DNA of 64,000 bases from Prevotella sp. (GCA_016285075.1 JAEEQB010000007.1:14302-78301); one strand, 5' to 3'. Positions 17,803 through 28,483 are shown, counted from the first letter of the stretch. Notes: generated by a model from the letters alone, not told the origin. A program made the numbers and translations.

Positions 17803-18735
17803 ATGGACAATGAAACAAAGTGGGGAGTGCTGTACTGCCCCAAGACAGGAATCGGTAACAAGCAGAAACGCTGGAATAAGATAGAACAGGTGCTGCGTGC
17901 CCATCGCGTGAAGTACGATATGGTGCAGAGTGAGACTTCCGAAAGTGTGGAACGGTTGGTCAAGATGCTGATCAGCAACGGTTACAAGACCATCATTATT
18001 GTAGGTGGCGACTCGGCACTGAACGATGCCGTGAACTGTCTGATGATGGAGGAACGCAGCGTGCGCGAGAGTATTGCGCTGGGCGTGATTCCCAATGGCG
18101 TGATGAATGACTTCGCCCGTTTCTGGGAATTTGACGAGGACAATCTGGAACAGACAGTCAGTTGGCTGGTGAAGCACCGCGTCAGGAAGATAGACCTGGG
18201 CTGCGTGCGCTACAACAATGCCAAGGGAGAACGCTGCCACCGCTATTTCCTGAACTGCCTGAACATCGGAATGACTGCCGACATCATGAACCTGCGCCGG
18301 CAGACCCGCCGTCTCTTCGGCAGCCGCACCCTGTCGTTTGTATCGTCACTCTTCGTTATGCTGTTCCACCGTATGGAGTATAAGATGAAGCTGCGTATCA
18401 ACAGCGACGTGATCGACCGTAAGGTCATGACTGTCTGCATCGGTTCGGGACCAGGCTACGGACAGACTCCCAATGCAGTGCCCTATAACGGGATGCTGGA
18501 TGTCAGTGTGGTCTACCATCCCGAGGTGGTACAACTCATTGAAGGCTTATGGCTGCTTGTGTCTGGACGATTCCTGAACCACCGCAGTGTTCACCCCTTC
18601 CGCACACAGGAAATCCATGTGGACGAAGCCAAAAAGGCCATGGTGGGCATTGACGGACGACTGATGAAAACGCCCGTGGGTCCCTTCCGCGTGGATATAG
18701 AAGAGGAGGTCATCAGTTTCCTGATACCTGATTAG
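17803..18735 (+). CDS. Diacylglycerol/lipid kinase family protein (YegS/BmrU-like)
   Basis: IIIVGGDSALNDAVN is the DAGK catalytic-domain motif. Confidence 0.75.
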   Translation: MDNETKWGVLYCPKTGIGNKQKRWNKIEQVLRAHRVKYDMVQSETSESVERLVKMLISNGYKTIIIVGGDSALNDAVNCLMMEERSVRESIALGVIPNGVMNDFARFWEFDEDNLEQTVSWLVKHRVRKIDLGCVRYNNAKGERCHRYFLNCLNIGMTADIMNLRRQTRRLFGSRTLSFVSSLFVMLFHRMEYKMKLRINSDVIDRKVMTVCIGSGPGYGQTPNAVPYNGMLDVSVVYHPEVVQLIEGLWLLVSGRFLNHRSVHPFRTQEIHVDEAKKAMVGIDGRLMKTPVGPFRVDIEEEVISFLIPD

Positions 18736-18967
18736 GTGAAGGGTAAACGCTGGTAACTACTTAATTCACAACGGGAACCCTCACACTCCCCAGCAATACG
18801 GGGAATGACAAGTCTGTAGCATAGGAGTCCTCACATGCTTTAAGTATTAGCCTAATTGTTGGTAATTGCTCAGCACGCTTAGGCATAAGTGGTTACTATA
18901 CTGTTGGGGGAAATCATAAAAACGTGGTTACTATATTGTAGAGGGAAATCATAAAAAACGATAAAAA

Positions 18968-18998
18968 ACGGGAGAGTAGTCTTGCTCTTCCGTTTTTT
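18968..18998 (+). terminator. Rho-independent terminator-like hairpin plus T-run
   Basis: acgggagag pairs with ctcttccgt over 9 bp (one G-T pair), followed by tttttt. Confidence 0.55.
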
Positions 18999-19034
18999 AT
19001 TCGTATCTTTGCATCCTAATCAACGTATTATAGC

Positions 19035-19820
19035 GTGAAAATTAAGGAAGTGTTGAGCGCCCTTGAACGATTCGCGCCCCTGCCACTGCAGGAAAGCTGG
19101 GATAACGCTGGCCTGCAAGTTGGACTGACAGAGGCGGAGGTTTCAGGGGCATTATTGTGTCTGGACGTCACTGAGAAGATTGTCGATGAGGCAGTAGCCA
19201 AAGGCTGCAACCTCATTGTGAGTCATCACCCGCTGCTGTTCCGTGGGCTGAAGACCATCAGCGACCTTACCGATGTTCAGCGCACGGTGATGAAGGCCAT
19301 CAAGGCCGGTGTCTGTGTGGTTTCCATGCACACCAATATGGACAATGCCAAGGGTGGCGTGAACTACCGTATCGCCCGGAAACTGGGATTGAAGGACGTA
19401 GTCTTCATGGGTCCCCGTCAGGTTGACGGGGTGGAGTGCGGCAGCGGTGTCGTGGGAGAGTTGGAAGAGCCGATGGTGGCCTGCGACTTTGTACTGAAGC
19501 TGAAGAAGACCTTCGACGTGGAGTGTGTCATGACCAACGAACTGCTGCAGCGCCCCATTCGTAAGGTTGCCCTCTGTGGCGGTGCCGGCGATTTCCTGCT
19601 CGACGATGCCATTGCCCTCGGGGCCGATGCCTTTCTGACGGGTGAGATGCATTATCACCAGTATTTCGGCCATGAGCAGCAGATACAGATCTGCGTCATC
19701 GGACACTATCAGAGCGAACAGTTCACCAGTGAGGTGTTCCAGGAGATTATCGGTGAGGAATGCCCGGGAGTACGTACAGAGATAGCAGAGACGAATACCA
19801 ACCCGATCTGTTATTTTTAA
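19035..19820 (+). CDS. Nif3-like dinuclear metal center protein (GTP cyclohydrolase 1 type 2 homolog)
   Basis: The N-terminal WDNAGLQVG and SHHPLLF motifs fit Nif3. The start codon is GTG. Confidence 0.85.
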   Translation: MKIKEVLSALERFAPLPLQESWDNAGLQVGLTEAEVSGALLCLDVTEKIVDEAVAKGCNLIVSHHPLLFRGLKTISDLTDVQRTVMKAIKAGVCVVSMHTNMDNAKGGVNYRIARKLGLKDVVFMGPRQVDGVECGSGVVGELEEPMVACDFVLKLKKTFDVECVMTNELLQRPIRKVALCGGAGDFLLDDAIALGADAFLTGEMHYHQYFGHEQQIQICVIGHYQSEQFTSEVFQEIIGEECPGVRTEIAETNTNPICYF

Positions 19821-19866
19821 TCATGGATATACGTGAATGACAATATAACAAATAAAAGAAAGAATT

Positions 19867-20724
19867 ATGGCAAAGAAAGATCCTACAGACCTGACAGTAG
19901 AAGAGAGACTGAAGACGCTCTATCAGCTGCAGACGGCGCTCTCGGGTATTGACGAGAAACGCACATTGAGAGGCGAACTGCCTCAGGAAGTGGACGACCT
20001 GGAAGACGAGCTTGAGGGACTCAGAACCCGTGTCCAGCGCATCCAGAACGAGATTGACGAGTTCCAGAAGGCCGTTACCCAGAAGCGTGGCGAGATTATC
20101 GACGCCGAGAACAGTGTGGCACGCTATAAGGCACAGCTCGACGAGGTGAGGAACAATCGTGAGTACGACACCCTGTCGAAGGAAATAGAGTTCCAGTCAC
20201 TGGAGATTGAACTGTGCAACAAGAAGATCCGTGAAGCACAGGCCAAGATTGAAGAGAAGAATCAGGAACTGGCAGCTAACCAGTCGGTCATCAGTGAACG
20301 CGAGAACGACCTGGATATCAAGAAAGGCGAGCTCGACGAGATTATGGAAGAAACCCGTGCCGAGGAAGAGAAACTGAAGGAGAAGGTGAAGGAACTGGAG
20401 TCAAAGATCGACCCACGTCTGCTCTTGTCCTTCAAGCGCATCCGTAAGAATGCACGCAACGGCCTGGGCGTGGTCTATGTGCAGCGCGACGCCTGCGGTG
20501 GCTGCTTCAACAAGATTCCGCCCCAGCGCCAGCTCGACATCAAGATGCACAAGAAGGTCATTGTCTGCGAATATTGTGGACGTATCCTCATCGACCCCGA
20601 ACTGGCTGGCGTGAAGATCGACAAGCCCGCTAACCCCACAGAGAAGAAGACCCGCAAACGCGCCATCCGTAAGACGTCGACTGCATCATCGAAGAAAGCT
20701 GCCGATGCCAATGATATGGAATAA
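19867..20724 (+). CDS. Coiled-coil zinc-ribbon protein (COG1579/DUF164 family) that commonly accompanies Nif3
   Basis: A long coiled coil is followed by CGGCFNKIP...CEYCGRIL. Confidence 0.75.
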   Translation: MAKKDPTDLTVEERLKTLYQLQTALSGIDEKRTLRGELPQEVDDLEDELEGLRTRVQRIQNEIDEFQKAVTQKRGEIIDAENSVARYKAQLDEVRNNREYDTLSKEIEFQSLEIELCNKKIREAQAKIEEKNQELAANQSVISERENDLDIKKGELDEIMEETRAEEEKLKEKVKELESKIDPRLLLSFKRIRKNARNGLGVVYVQRDACGGCFNKIPPQRQLDIKMHKKVIVCEYCGRILIDPELAGVKIDKPANPTEKKTRKRAIRKTSTASSKKAADANDME

Positions 20725-20842
20725 TTATCCTGTTAGATAGATGGGAGTAGAAAGGGGAGAGCAGTCTCCCGCTTTCGCTCCCATTTTAACTACCTATTAT
20801 TAACTCCCTTTTTAAAATCAACATTTTACCCAACAAAAAACT

Positions 20843-22966
20843 ATGAATATTACAAGAACTCTTATGAACGTCGCAGTAGCATCAGCAGCCCTGATGACAT
20901 TGAGTGCCTGCCAGCAGACACAGCGTGAGAATCCCCTCTTGCAGGAAAGTTCACTCCCCTTCGGAGCACCCGACTTCAGCAAGATACAGTATGAGGACTA
21001 TATGCCAGCCTTCGAAGCTGCCATACAGGAACAGCGTGACAACATCCAGAAGATTGTGGACTGTCCCGATTCTGCCACCTTCGAGAACACCATCCTGGCT
21101 TTTGAGGAGAGCGGAAGACTGCTTGACCGCGTCAGCCGTACGTTCTTCGCACTTGTCAGTGCCGACAAGACTCCGGAAATAGCCGAGATCGAGAAGAAAG
21201 TGCAGCCATTGCTTACCGACCTTGAAAACGAGATATCGTTCAACAAGAAGCTCTTCGAACGTATACGCAAGGTGTACGACGAGCAGCACGATTCCCTGCA
21301 GGGAGAAGACCAGAAACTCCTGGAGGAAACCTATAAGAGCTTTGTACGCATGGGTGCCCTTCTGCCCGACGACAAGATGGAACGGATGAAGGAAATCAAC
21401 CTGCGTATCTCCGACCTCCAGCAGCAGTGGGGCGATATGCTTCCTAAGGCTACCAACGAAGCCGTTGTATGGGTAGACAGCAAGGAGAAACTGGCTGGTC
21501 TGAGTGATGCAGACGTTGACCAGTGTCAGAAAGATGCTGAGAGCCGTGGCGGCAAGGCTCCCTATGCCATTGTCATCATCAACACCACGCAGCAGCCCCT
21601 GCTGGCCTCGCTCGACAATCGCGACCTGCGCCGTCAGGTCTACGAGGCATCTATACACCGTGCCGATGGAACAGGACAGTTCAACACTTTCCCCATCGTG
21701 ACCGAGATTGCCAAGCTGCGCGCTGAGAAGGCAGAGATCATGGGTTACCCCAACTATGCCTCCTATTCGCTGGAGAAGACCATGGCCAAGACGCCTGAGA
21801 ACGTCTATGCCTTCCTGAAGAGTCTTATCAGCCAGTATACGCCAAAGGCCAATGCCGAGACTAAGGCCATTGAGGACTTTGCCCGCCAGGCCGAGGGCCC
21901 TGATTTCCAGCTCCAGCCATACGACCGGTTCTACTACTCAGCCAAGATGAAGAAGCAGCTGCTCAATGTCTCTGACGATGAGGTGAAGCCATACTTCACC
22001 GTTGACAGCGTGCTGCAGAACGGTGTGTTCTATGCTGCCAACCGCGTCTATGGCCTTACCTTCAAGGAGCGTACCGACATTCCTATGTACCATCCCGACA
22101 TGAAGACCTTCGAGGTGATTGACAAGGACGGCAAGACCCTGGCCCTCTTCTGTTGCGACTATTTCCGTCGCCCCACCAAGCGCGGTGGTGCCTGGATGGA
22201 CGGTTTCCAGAAGCAGAGCCGTCAGTGGGGACAGCAGCCCATCATCTTCAACGTGTGCAACAATGCCAAGGCTCCTGACGGAAAGCCTTCGCTGCTCACA
22301 TGGGACGAGGTGTGCACCATGTTCCATGAATTCGGCCATGCTTTGCATGGCATGCTGTCCAACTGTCAGTACAACAGTCTCAGCGGCACCAGCGTAGCCC
22401 GTGACTTTGTCGAGATGCCATCGCAGTTCAACGAGTCGTTTGCCTCCATACCCGAAGTGTTCGACCACTTCGCACGCCATTGCGATACGGGCCAGCCTAT
22501 GCCTGTCGACCTGAAGGAGCGTATGCTCAAGAGCATCAACTTCCAGACAGCCTATGCGCTGGGTGAGAACCTGGCTGCCACCTGTGTCGATATGGCTTGG
22601 CACATGCTGCCCTCCAAGGATATTCCCACTGCCGACAAGGCCATGGAGTTCGAGACCGAAGCCCTGCGTCAGGTAGGTCTGCTCAATGCACAGATACCTC
22701 CCCGCTATAGCACCAGCTACTTCAACCACGTGTGGGGCAGCGGCTATGCTGCAGGTTACTACAGCTATCTGTGGACCGAGGTGCTGGCAGTCAACATTGC
22801 CGATGTATTTGCCCAGCGCGGAGCCTTGAAGCCTGAAACAGGTCAGGACATGCGCGACAAGATCCTGAGCCGGGGCAACACGGGTGACCTGATGCAGATG
22901 TTCACCGACTTCACAGGTATGAAGCAGCCCGATGCCTCTAGTCTGCTTAAGGCCCGTGGCCTGTAA
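20843..22966 (+). CDS. dcp: M3-family peptidyl-dipeptidase
   Basis: It has a signal/lipoprotein-like N-terminus and the HEFGHALH zinc motif. The length is typical of Dcp. Confidence 0.85.
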   Translation: MNITRTLMNVAVASAALMTLSACQQTQRENPLLQESSLPFGAPDFSKIQYEDYMPAFEAAIQEQRDNIQKIVDCPDSATFENTILAFEESGRLLDRVSRTFFALVSADKTPEIAEIEKKVQPLLTDLENEISFNKKLFERIRKVYDEQHDSLQGEDQKLLEETYKSFVRMGALLPDDKMERMKEINLRISDLQQQWGDMLPKATNEAVVWVDSKEKLAGLSDADVDQCQKDAESRGGKAPYAIVIINTTQQPLLASLDNRDLRRQVYEASIHRADGTGQFNTFPIVTEIAKLRAEKAEIMGYPNYASYSLEKTMAKTPENVYAFLKSLISQYTPKANAETKAIEDFARQAEGPDFQLQPYDRFYYSAKMKKQLLNVSDDEVKPYFTVDSVLQNGVFYAANRVYGLTFKERTDIPMYHPDMKTFEVIDKDGKTLALFCCDYFRRPTKRGGAWMDGFQKQSRQWGQQPIIFNVCNNAKAPDGKPSLLTWDEVCTMFHEFGHALHGMLSNCQYNSLSGTSVARDFVEMPSQFNESFASIPEVFDHFARHCDTGQPMPVDLKERMLKSINFQTAYALGENLAATCVDMAWHMLPSKDIPTADKAMEFETEALRQVGLLNAQIPPRYSTSYFNHVWGSGYAAGYYSYLWTEVLAVNIADVFAQRGALKPETGQDMRDKILSRGNTGDLMQMFTDFTGMKQPDASSLLKARGL

Positions 22967-23004
22967 TGCTGACACGATACGAAACCAACAGAAAAGCAAA
23001 TAGA

Positions 23005-23997
23005 ATGAAACAGAACGGAATCATGCGCGTCGGTATTGTCGGCGCAGGATGGATTGCCGAAAAAGCTGCCATCACCCTTAACGGTCTCCAGGAGTGCGAG
23101 TGCTATGCCATAGCCTCGCGCTCACTGGAGAAAGCTCAGGCATTTGCCCGCCAGTGGCATTTCACCAAGGCTTACGGCTCGTATGCCGAGTTGATAGCCG
23201 ATGAAAACGTTGACCTGGTCTATGTGGCTACTCCCCATTCCCATCACTTTGATGTGACAAAAGAAGCCCTTCAGGCAGGAAAACCCTGCTTGGTGGAAAA
23301 AGCGTTTATGGCCAACCTCCGCCAGTCGAAGGAGATTGTCAGTCTGGCCCGTGAACGTCAGGTGTTCCTGGCAGAAGCTATCTGGACACGCTACCAGCCT
23401 GCTGTCGGTATGGTCAGGGAACTCATCAGCAGCGGACGTATAGGTACGCCGCGCCTCGTCACTGCAACGCTCGGTTATTCCATGGGTGACAAACCACGTA
23501 TCATGCGGCCTGACCTCTGCGGCGGAGCTTTACTTGACCTTGGAGTCTATGCCTTGAATTTCGTCCGGATGTTCTTCCCTGCACCCATCGTCAGCATGGA
23601 GAGCCAGTGCGTGAAGTCTGCGACGGGCATGGACCTGACCAATGCCATCAGTCTGGTGTTGGAAGACGGCCTTCTCTGCAACCTTCAGTCGAGTGCCGCC
23701 TGTGTGGGTGATAATATCGGCGTCATTGCCGGTACCGATGGCAACCTGATTATCGACAACATCAACAATCCGCAGAAAATCACCGTCAACGGTCCCGACC
23801 GTACGTTCGTGGAAGATATTCACGTGCCTCGTCAGATTACCGGCTACGAGTATCAGTTCCTTGCCTGCCGTCAGGCACTCATAGACGGTATTCTGGAGCC
23901 GCATGAAATGCCTCATGCCGAAACCCTGTTCGTCATGGAACTGATGGACACACTTCGCCAGAAGTGGGGTGTACGCTATCCGATGGATAGTGAGTAG
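23005..23997 (+). CDS. Gfo/Idh/MocA-family oxidoreductase
   Basis: MRVGIVGAGWIA is a Rossmann N-terminus, followed by the EKAF motif. Confidence 0.8.
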   Translation: MKQNGIMRVGIVGAGWIAEKAAITLNGLQECECYAIASRSLEKAQAFARQWHFTKAYGSYAELIADENVDLVYVATPHSHHFDVTKEALQAGKPCLVEKAFMANLRQSKEIVSLARERQVFLAEAIWTRYQPAVGMVRELISSGRIGTPRLVTATLGYSMGDKPRIMRPDLCGGALLDLGVYALNFVRMFFPAPIVSMESQCVKSATGMDLTNAISLVLEDGLLCNLQSSAACVGDNIGVIAGTDGNLIIDNINNPQKITVNGPDRTFVEDIHVPRQITGYEYQFLACRQALIDGILEPHEMPHAETLFVMELMDTLRQKWGVRYPMDSE

Positions 23998-24004
23998 AAG
24001 ACGG

Positions 24005-24760
24005 TTATTTCCTTACGATGACACTGCCGCTGGCCTGATGTGTGGCCAGGATCAACACCTCGGCTATCTGTACGTGTTCTGGTGCGTTGGCGGCAAAGAC
24101 GGCCACGTCGGCAATGTCGTCGCCTGTCAGCGGCTTGATACCTTTATATACGTTGGCAGCGCGGTCTGTGTCGCCGTGGAAGCGTATGTTGCTGAAGTTG
24201 GTCTCTACCAGTCCCGGCTTCAGGTTGGTCACACGGACGGCAGTGTCGGCCACGTCAATGCGTAGCCCGTCAGAGAGGGCTTTCACTGCAGCCTTGGTGG
24301 CACAATAAACGTTTCCTCCTGCATAGGCAGCATCGCCGGCCACCGACCCAACATTGATGATGTGGCCGCTGTTGCGCTCTATCATCTGGGGCACAATGAG
24401 CCGCGTCATGGTGAGCAGTCCCTTGACGTTGGTGTCGATCATCGTCTCCCATTCATCAAGATTCCCTTCATATTCGGGTTCGAGTCCTAAAGCCAGTCCG
24501 GCATTGTTAACGAGAACGTCAATCTGCTGCCATTCCGTCGGCAGACTTGCTACAGCCTGGCTGGCTGCTTCACGGTCTCTCACATCGAAGGGTAGTGCAT
24601 AGGTCTCTGTTCCTTGGGCAGCCAGTTCCTGGCAGATGGCCTGAAGCTTTTCAAGGTTTCTGCCGTTGAGGATGAGTCTGTCGCCGTTGGCAGCGAACTT
24701 ACGTGCGCAGCCAAGGCCGATGCCACTGGTTGCACCTGTAATGAAAACGGTCTTTTTCAT
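24005..24760 (-). CDS. SDR-family NAD(P)-dependent oxidoreductase (YdfG-like)
   Basis: TGATSGIG, NNAG and Y..TK motifs fit the SDR family. Confidence 0.85.
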   Translation of the reverse strand: MKKTVFITGATSGIGLGCARKFAANGDRLILNGRNLEKLQAICQELAAQGTETYALPFDVRDREAASQAVASLPTEWQQIDVLVNNAGLALGLEPEYEGNLDEWETMIDTNVKGLLTMTRLIVPQMIERNSGHIINVGSVAGDAAYAGGNVYCATKAAVKALSDGLRIDVADTAVRVTNLKPGLVETNFSNIRFHGDTDRAANVYKGIKPLTGDDIADVAVFAANAPEHVQIAEVLILATHQASGSVIVRK

Positions 24761-24773
24761 ACGTTTCTGCTGT

Positions 24774-25046
24774 TTAGTTTTCTATGGGTGTATTCTTGAG
24801 TTTCTCGAGTGCACGGCACAGCTGGTCAGGGCAGGATGTGCCCTTGGTGCCGCATCTTATGCCGTCGAGCTTTCTGACGACGTCGTCAATCTTCTGGCCG
24901 CGCACCAGTTGGCTGATGCCCTGCAGGTTGCCGTTGCAGCCGCCTAAGAAGAATACCTGCTGTATGATGTCGTTCTCGTCGGCAGTGACGTCAATCATGA
25001 CGGAGCAGGTGCCGCTGGTCTGATATTGTATATGTTTTGTCTTCAT
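24774..25046 (-). CDS. TIGR03905-like 4-Cys TSCPD-domain small protein
   Basis: The pattern is GTCS...FLGGCNGN...IRCG.KGTSCPDQL. Confidence 0.65.
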   Translation of the reverse strand: MKTKHIQYQTSGTCSVMIDVTADENDIIQQVFFLGGCNGNLQGISQLVRGQKIDDVVRKLDGIRCGTKGTSCPDQLCRALEKLKNTPIEN

Positions 25047-25059
25047 TATTCTTTTCTTT

Positions 25060-25092
25060 TTTTAAAATGAGGGCTGGCAATCGCCAGCCCTC
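25060..25092 (-). terminator. Terminator hairpin downstream of aroC
   Basis: gagggctggc pairs with gccagccctc in a 10-bp stem around a 4-nt loop, with A/T runs on both sides. Confidence 0.6.
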
Positions 25093-25232
25093 AACCAACA
25101 CAAAAACTAAACTAGACTTAACTAAAGCTTATTTGGGAATTTCACAATCCCCAGAATAGCGTTGCAAAGATAGTATTATATTTTGAAACACCCAAGTGTT
25201 TTGAGTTTTTTTTTCATGAAAAGGCTTTTTTT

Positions 25233-26309
25233 TTATAATTTTACGGATTTATTTAACAAATAATGGTCTAAAACCACCATTGCAGCCATTGCTTCTACCA
25301 CGGGAACAGCCCTTGGCAAAACACACGGATCGTGACGTCCTCGTGGGGTCACTGTGGTCTTATTGCCTTCCATGTCTACTGTCTGTTGTGGACGCAGCAG
25401 TGTGGCTACGGGTTTGAACGCCACACGGAAATAGATGTCCTGACCATTGGAGATACCGCCCTGTATGCCGCCGCTGTGGTTGGTCTTTGTGGATAGTGAG
25501 GAATTTTCGCTGACGAACACATCGTTCTGTTCCGACCCTCTGGCAGTGACACCGCTGAACCCTTCGCCGTATTCAAAGCCCTTGACGGCGTTGATGCCAA
25601 GCATGGCGGCTCCCAGTTCGGCATGGAACTTGCTGAACTCCGGTTCTCCCAATCCAGTGGGACACCCCTTGATGACACAGGTGATGATGCCGCCTATGGT
25701 GTCGCCTTCGGCCTTCACCTGTTCTATCAGCTGTTCCATCTGCCTGGCCTTCTCCTGGTCGGGGCATCGTACGGCGTTCTGTTCCGTCAGGTCCAGATTG
25801 TAGAGGCGATAGTCGCGTTCCAGGGCAATGTCGCCCACCTGCGAGGTATAGGCCTGCACACTGATGCCCAACTGGCGCAGTGCCAGCTTGGCCAGTGCAC
25901 CACCCACACATCGGCTGATGGTGATGCGGGCAGATGAGCGTCCGCCCCCACGGTGGTCGCGGAGCTCATACTTATTATAATAGGTATAGTCGGCGTGTGA
26001 CGGACGGAACACCGTACGCAGGTTCTCATAGTCCTGCGAGTGCTGGTTCTGGTTGCGCACGATGAACCCGATGGGGCAGCCCGTGGAGCGCCCCTCGAAC
26101 ACGCCGCTGAGCAGTTCGACCTGGTCGGCTTCCTGCCGCGAGGTGGTGATTCTGCTCTGTCCGGGACGCCGGCGGTTCAGCTCCTGCTGAATGAAGGCGG
26201 TGTCTATCTCTATGCCGGCGGGCATACCGTCGACCACACCTCCTATGGCTTCACCGTGGCTCTCGCCAAAGGTTGTCAGTGTGAACAGATGACCAAACGT
26301 ATTTCTCAT
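25233..26309 (-). CDS. aroC: Chorismate synthase
   Basis: [23 protein letters not shown] and RHDPCV motifs fit AroC. Confidence 0.95.
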   Translation of the reverse strand: MRNTFGHLFTLTTFGESHGEAIGGVVDGMPAGIEIDTAFIQQELNRRRPGQSRITTSRQEADQVELLSGVFEGRSTGCPIGFIVRNQNQHSQDYENLRTVFRPSHADYTYYNKYELRDHRGGGRSSARITISRCVGGALAKLALRQLGISVQAYTSQVGDIALERDYRLYNLDLTEQNAVRCPDQEKARQMEQLIEQVKAEGDTIGGIITCVIKGCPTGLGEPEFSKFHAELGAAMLGINAVKGFEYGEGFSGVTARGSEQNDVFVSENSSLSTKTNHSGGIQGGISNGQDIYFRVAFKPVATLLRPQQTVDMEGNKTTVTPRGRHDPCVLPRAVPVVEAMAAMVVLDHYLLNKSVKL

Positions 26310-26333
26310 ATCTCACGTTCTACAGTCCACATA

Positions 26334-26933
26334 TCAGTGGCAGTGTCCGCATCCGCATCCGTCACCGTGCTGATGGTTGCAGTCGCCCTCATGATGCTCA
26401 TGGTGGCAATCGCTGCAGTTGCACCCGCAGCCTTCGCCGCTGAGCATGTTCAGCATGTTCTGAATCTCCTGAAGGGTGGCCTCGCGGTTCTCCAGGACAA
26501 TTCCTGTGAAGTTCAGGGTCTTGCCAGCCAGGGGATGATTGGTGTCGATGGTCACACCGTCGGCATCAACGTTTACCACCTTGGCCATGAAATGGCGGTC
26601 GTCCTCGTCTTTCAGTGTAATAACAGCTCCGGGATATATGTTCTCATGGTCGAAGTGGCCGTTGATACTGAAAGTCTCACGTTTCAATGTATGAACGCCT
26701 TCGGGTTCATACTGACCGAAGCATTCCTCGGGCGACAGGATAAAGTCAAAAGGTGTGTCCTTCTCCACCTCCATCAGTCTGTTCTCGAAACTTTCCAGTG
26801 CAATACCAAAACCGCTGACAAACTGGAACGGGTGTTCCCTCGAGGTCTGTTCTTCCAGCGTCTTTTCTCCATTCTCGTTCACCGTATACAGCTGGTAGTG
26901 TACGGAGAGGAATTTGTTCTGTGGCTTATCCAT
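26334..26933 (-). CDS. slyD: FKBP-type peptidyl-prolyl isomerase SlyD with a His/Cys-rich metal-binding tail
   Basis: It has an FKBP/IF-domain pattern and a C-terminal CGCNCSDCHHEHHEGDCNHQHGDGCGCGHCH. Confidence 0.8.
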   Translation of the reverse strand: MDKPQNKFLSVHYQLYTVNENGEKTLEEQTSREHPFQFVSGFGIALESFENRLMEVEKDTPFDFILSPEECFGQYEPEGVHTLKRETFSINGHFDHENIYPGAVITLKDEDDRHFMAKVVNVDADGVTIDTNHPLAGKTLNFTGIVLENREATLQEIQNMLNMLSGEGCGCNCSDCHHEHHEGDCNHQHGDGCGCGHCH

Positions 26934-27097
26934 TAAATGTTATGTTTATATGATTGTTGTTTTTGAGAGTGCAAAGGTACGAAAAATTCAATGAAGTGAA
27001 AACAAAATGAATGTATTTATTTCATCGGACGTGATAAATTCATCAATAGACGAGCTAAAAGCATCGTTTTTGGACGTGCCGACTGTGTAAGACATCC

Positions 27098-27221
27098 GTA
27101 TGACACCTGACATCCTCTGGTATCATACTAAAGGTCCTCTTGTATCATACTAAAGGTCCTCTAGTATCATACTAAAGGTCCTCTAGTATCATACTAAAGG
27201 TCCTCTAGTATCATACTAAAA
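27098..27221. repeat. Iteron-like array B: one degenerate unit plus five units of (TA)GTATCATACTAAAGGTCCTC at 22-bp phasing
   Basis: Unit cores start at 27098 (gtatgacac variant), 27120, 27142, 27164, 27186 and 27208. Orientation is the same as the direct units of array A. Confidence 0.9.
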
Positions 27222-27688
27222 TCTATCTTGTGTCTTATTATTAAGGTGAGTAGGTTGAACAATCCCCCAGTTTTTACCAATAATCACCACAGAAAATAGC
27301 GTTATTCTTTGGGGCTTATTGTACATAACCTAACTTGTTTGTCGTACCTAACTATTTTTTGGAGTTTCAGACATAACCATTGTGGTGTCTTCAACCTAAC
27401 CTGATTTTTAATATTTGATTTCTTGAAAATGACAGAGACGGATGAGTTATGAATATCCGTCTCTGTGCTTAACACGTTATCTCACGACAACGAATTTAAT
27501 AACTTTGTCATTTCTGTTGTGAAAGTTTAACATTTATCATAACTGACAGATTTATAGGTATTTGAAACACTAACCATACTGATTTTCTTGTCAAAATTCT
27601 GAAATCCTTACAAAATTCAGCAAACTACTTTTTCTTGCAGAGTTATTTATAGCAATAATCACGTTTAACAAGTTAAAAAGTAAGAGTT

Positions 27689-28259
27689 ATGAACACAAAG
27701 TTTTTATTGGATTTCAAGTCCGAAAGAGAATTTCTAAAGCACTTCTCAACCGAAAGAAGATGCGTTAAGTATCTGGAGCAGAAAATCTACAATGGCAGGG
27801 TAAAGCCACTGGGATAAGAAAGTGAAGAATAGCCAAGGTAGGAGTTTTAAGGACAAGACACCCGTGCTTGGAATACTCCAGCGAGGCACTGGTGTGATTT
27901 GTAAAGTACTGAAAGATACAACCTCAAAATCTCTGAATGCGCCCATCCTTAGAGCAGTTAGCAAGCATGCTAAAGCCGTTTATTCTGACGAGTGGAGTGG
28001 CTACAAGACTATCCACAAAGTCTTCAATCATTATGTAGTTGACCACGGTCGCAAAATCTATGCTGTAGGTGATATTCACACAAATACTATTGAGGCATTT
28101 TTGTCAAACTATTGTAAGCGTGCCCTTATGGGAACTTATAGCAAGGTGGCTAAGAAACACTTGCAATTATACTTTGATGAATTCTCATTCCGTTACAACA
28201 ACCGCAGGTACAACGGTGTGAATAGATTTGAGGTGGCTATGTGCCAATGTTTAGTCTAA
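27689..28259 (+). pseudogene. Decayed IS1595-family (ISXO2-like) transposase
   Basis: A 42-aa N-terminal fragment (27689-27817) ends in a stop. A second fragment lies in another frame (27822-28259) with YSDEWSGY...NTIEAF...HLQLYFDEFSFRYNNR. The region carrying the first catalytic Asp is missing. Confidence 0.7.
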
Positions 28260-28316
28260 TTGAAATACAAACTGCAATTTTTTCTATGATTTCGCATAAA
28301 ATCGCCTAACTTTTCG

Positions 28317-28324
28317 TACCTTTG
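28317..28324 (+). promoter_or_regulatory. TACCTTTG -7 box
   Basis: It matches the consensus and sits directly upstream of the structured leader. Confidence 0.5.
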
Positions 28325-28341
28325 CACAGACGATTGTGTCT

Positions 28342-28483
28342 CACCCTCGTTAGAATCGCCAAATTTCAAATAAGGGTCTATATGGAGGCACGGACGGCAG
28401 TTCATACCAGTGGACTGCCCATCTGTGCATATAGACGAGTGTTTGGCGATACTCTACGAGGTGTGACGGATGGAGCAGTCCAC
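28342..28483 (+). ncRNA. Candidate structured RNA or 5' leader: four stacked helices plus a competing or pseudoknot pairing
   Basis: Four helices are visible: 28342-28350 with 28456-28465, 28355-28363 with 28442-28450 (9 bp perfect), 28376-28384 with 28428-28436 (9 bp perfect), and 28396-28401 with 28414-28419. In addition, 28475-28483 is complementary to 28410-28418 (9 bp). Confidence 0.45.

Noticed and set aside
16978-18240. A 420-aa minus-strand ORF spanning miaA and the lipid-kinase gene.
   Set aside because: It is antisense to two recognisable genes, crosses their intergenic boundary, and has His/Leu/Val/Gln-rich shadow composition.
20951-22999. Minus-strand ORFs of 235 aa and 353 aa opposite dcp.
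   Set aside because: They are antisense shadows of an M3 peptidase gene that carries the HEFGH motif.
26040-26936. A 298-aa plus-strand ORF spanning aroC and slyD.
   Set aside because: It is antisense to two confidently assigned genes and crosses the intergenic gap.
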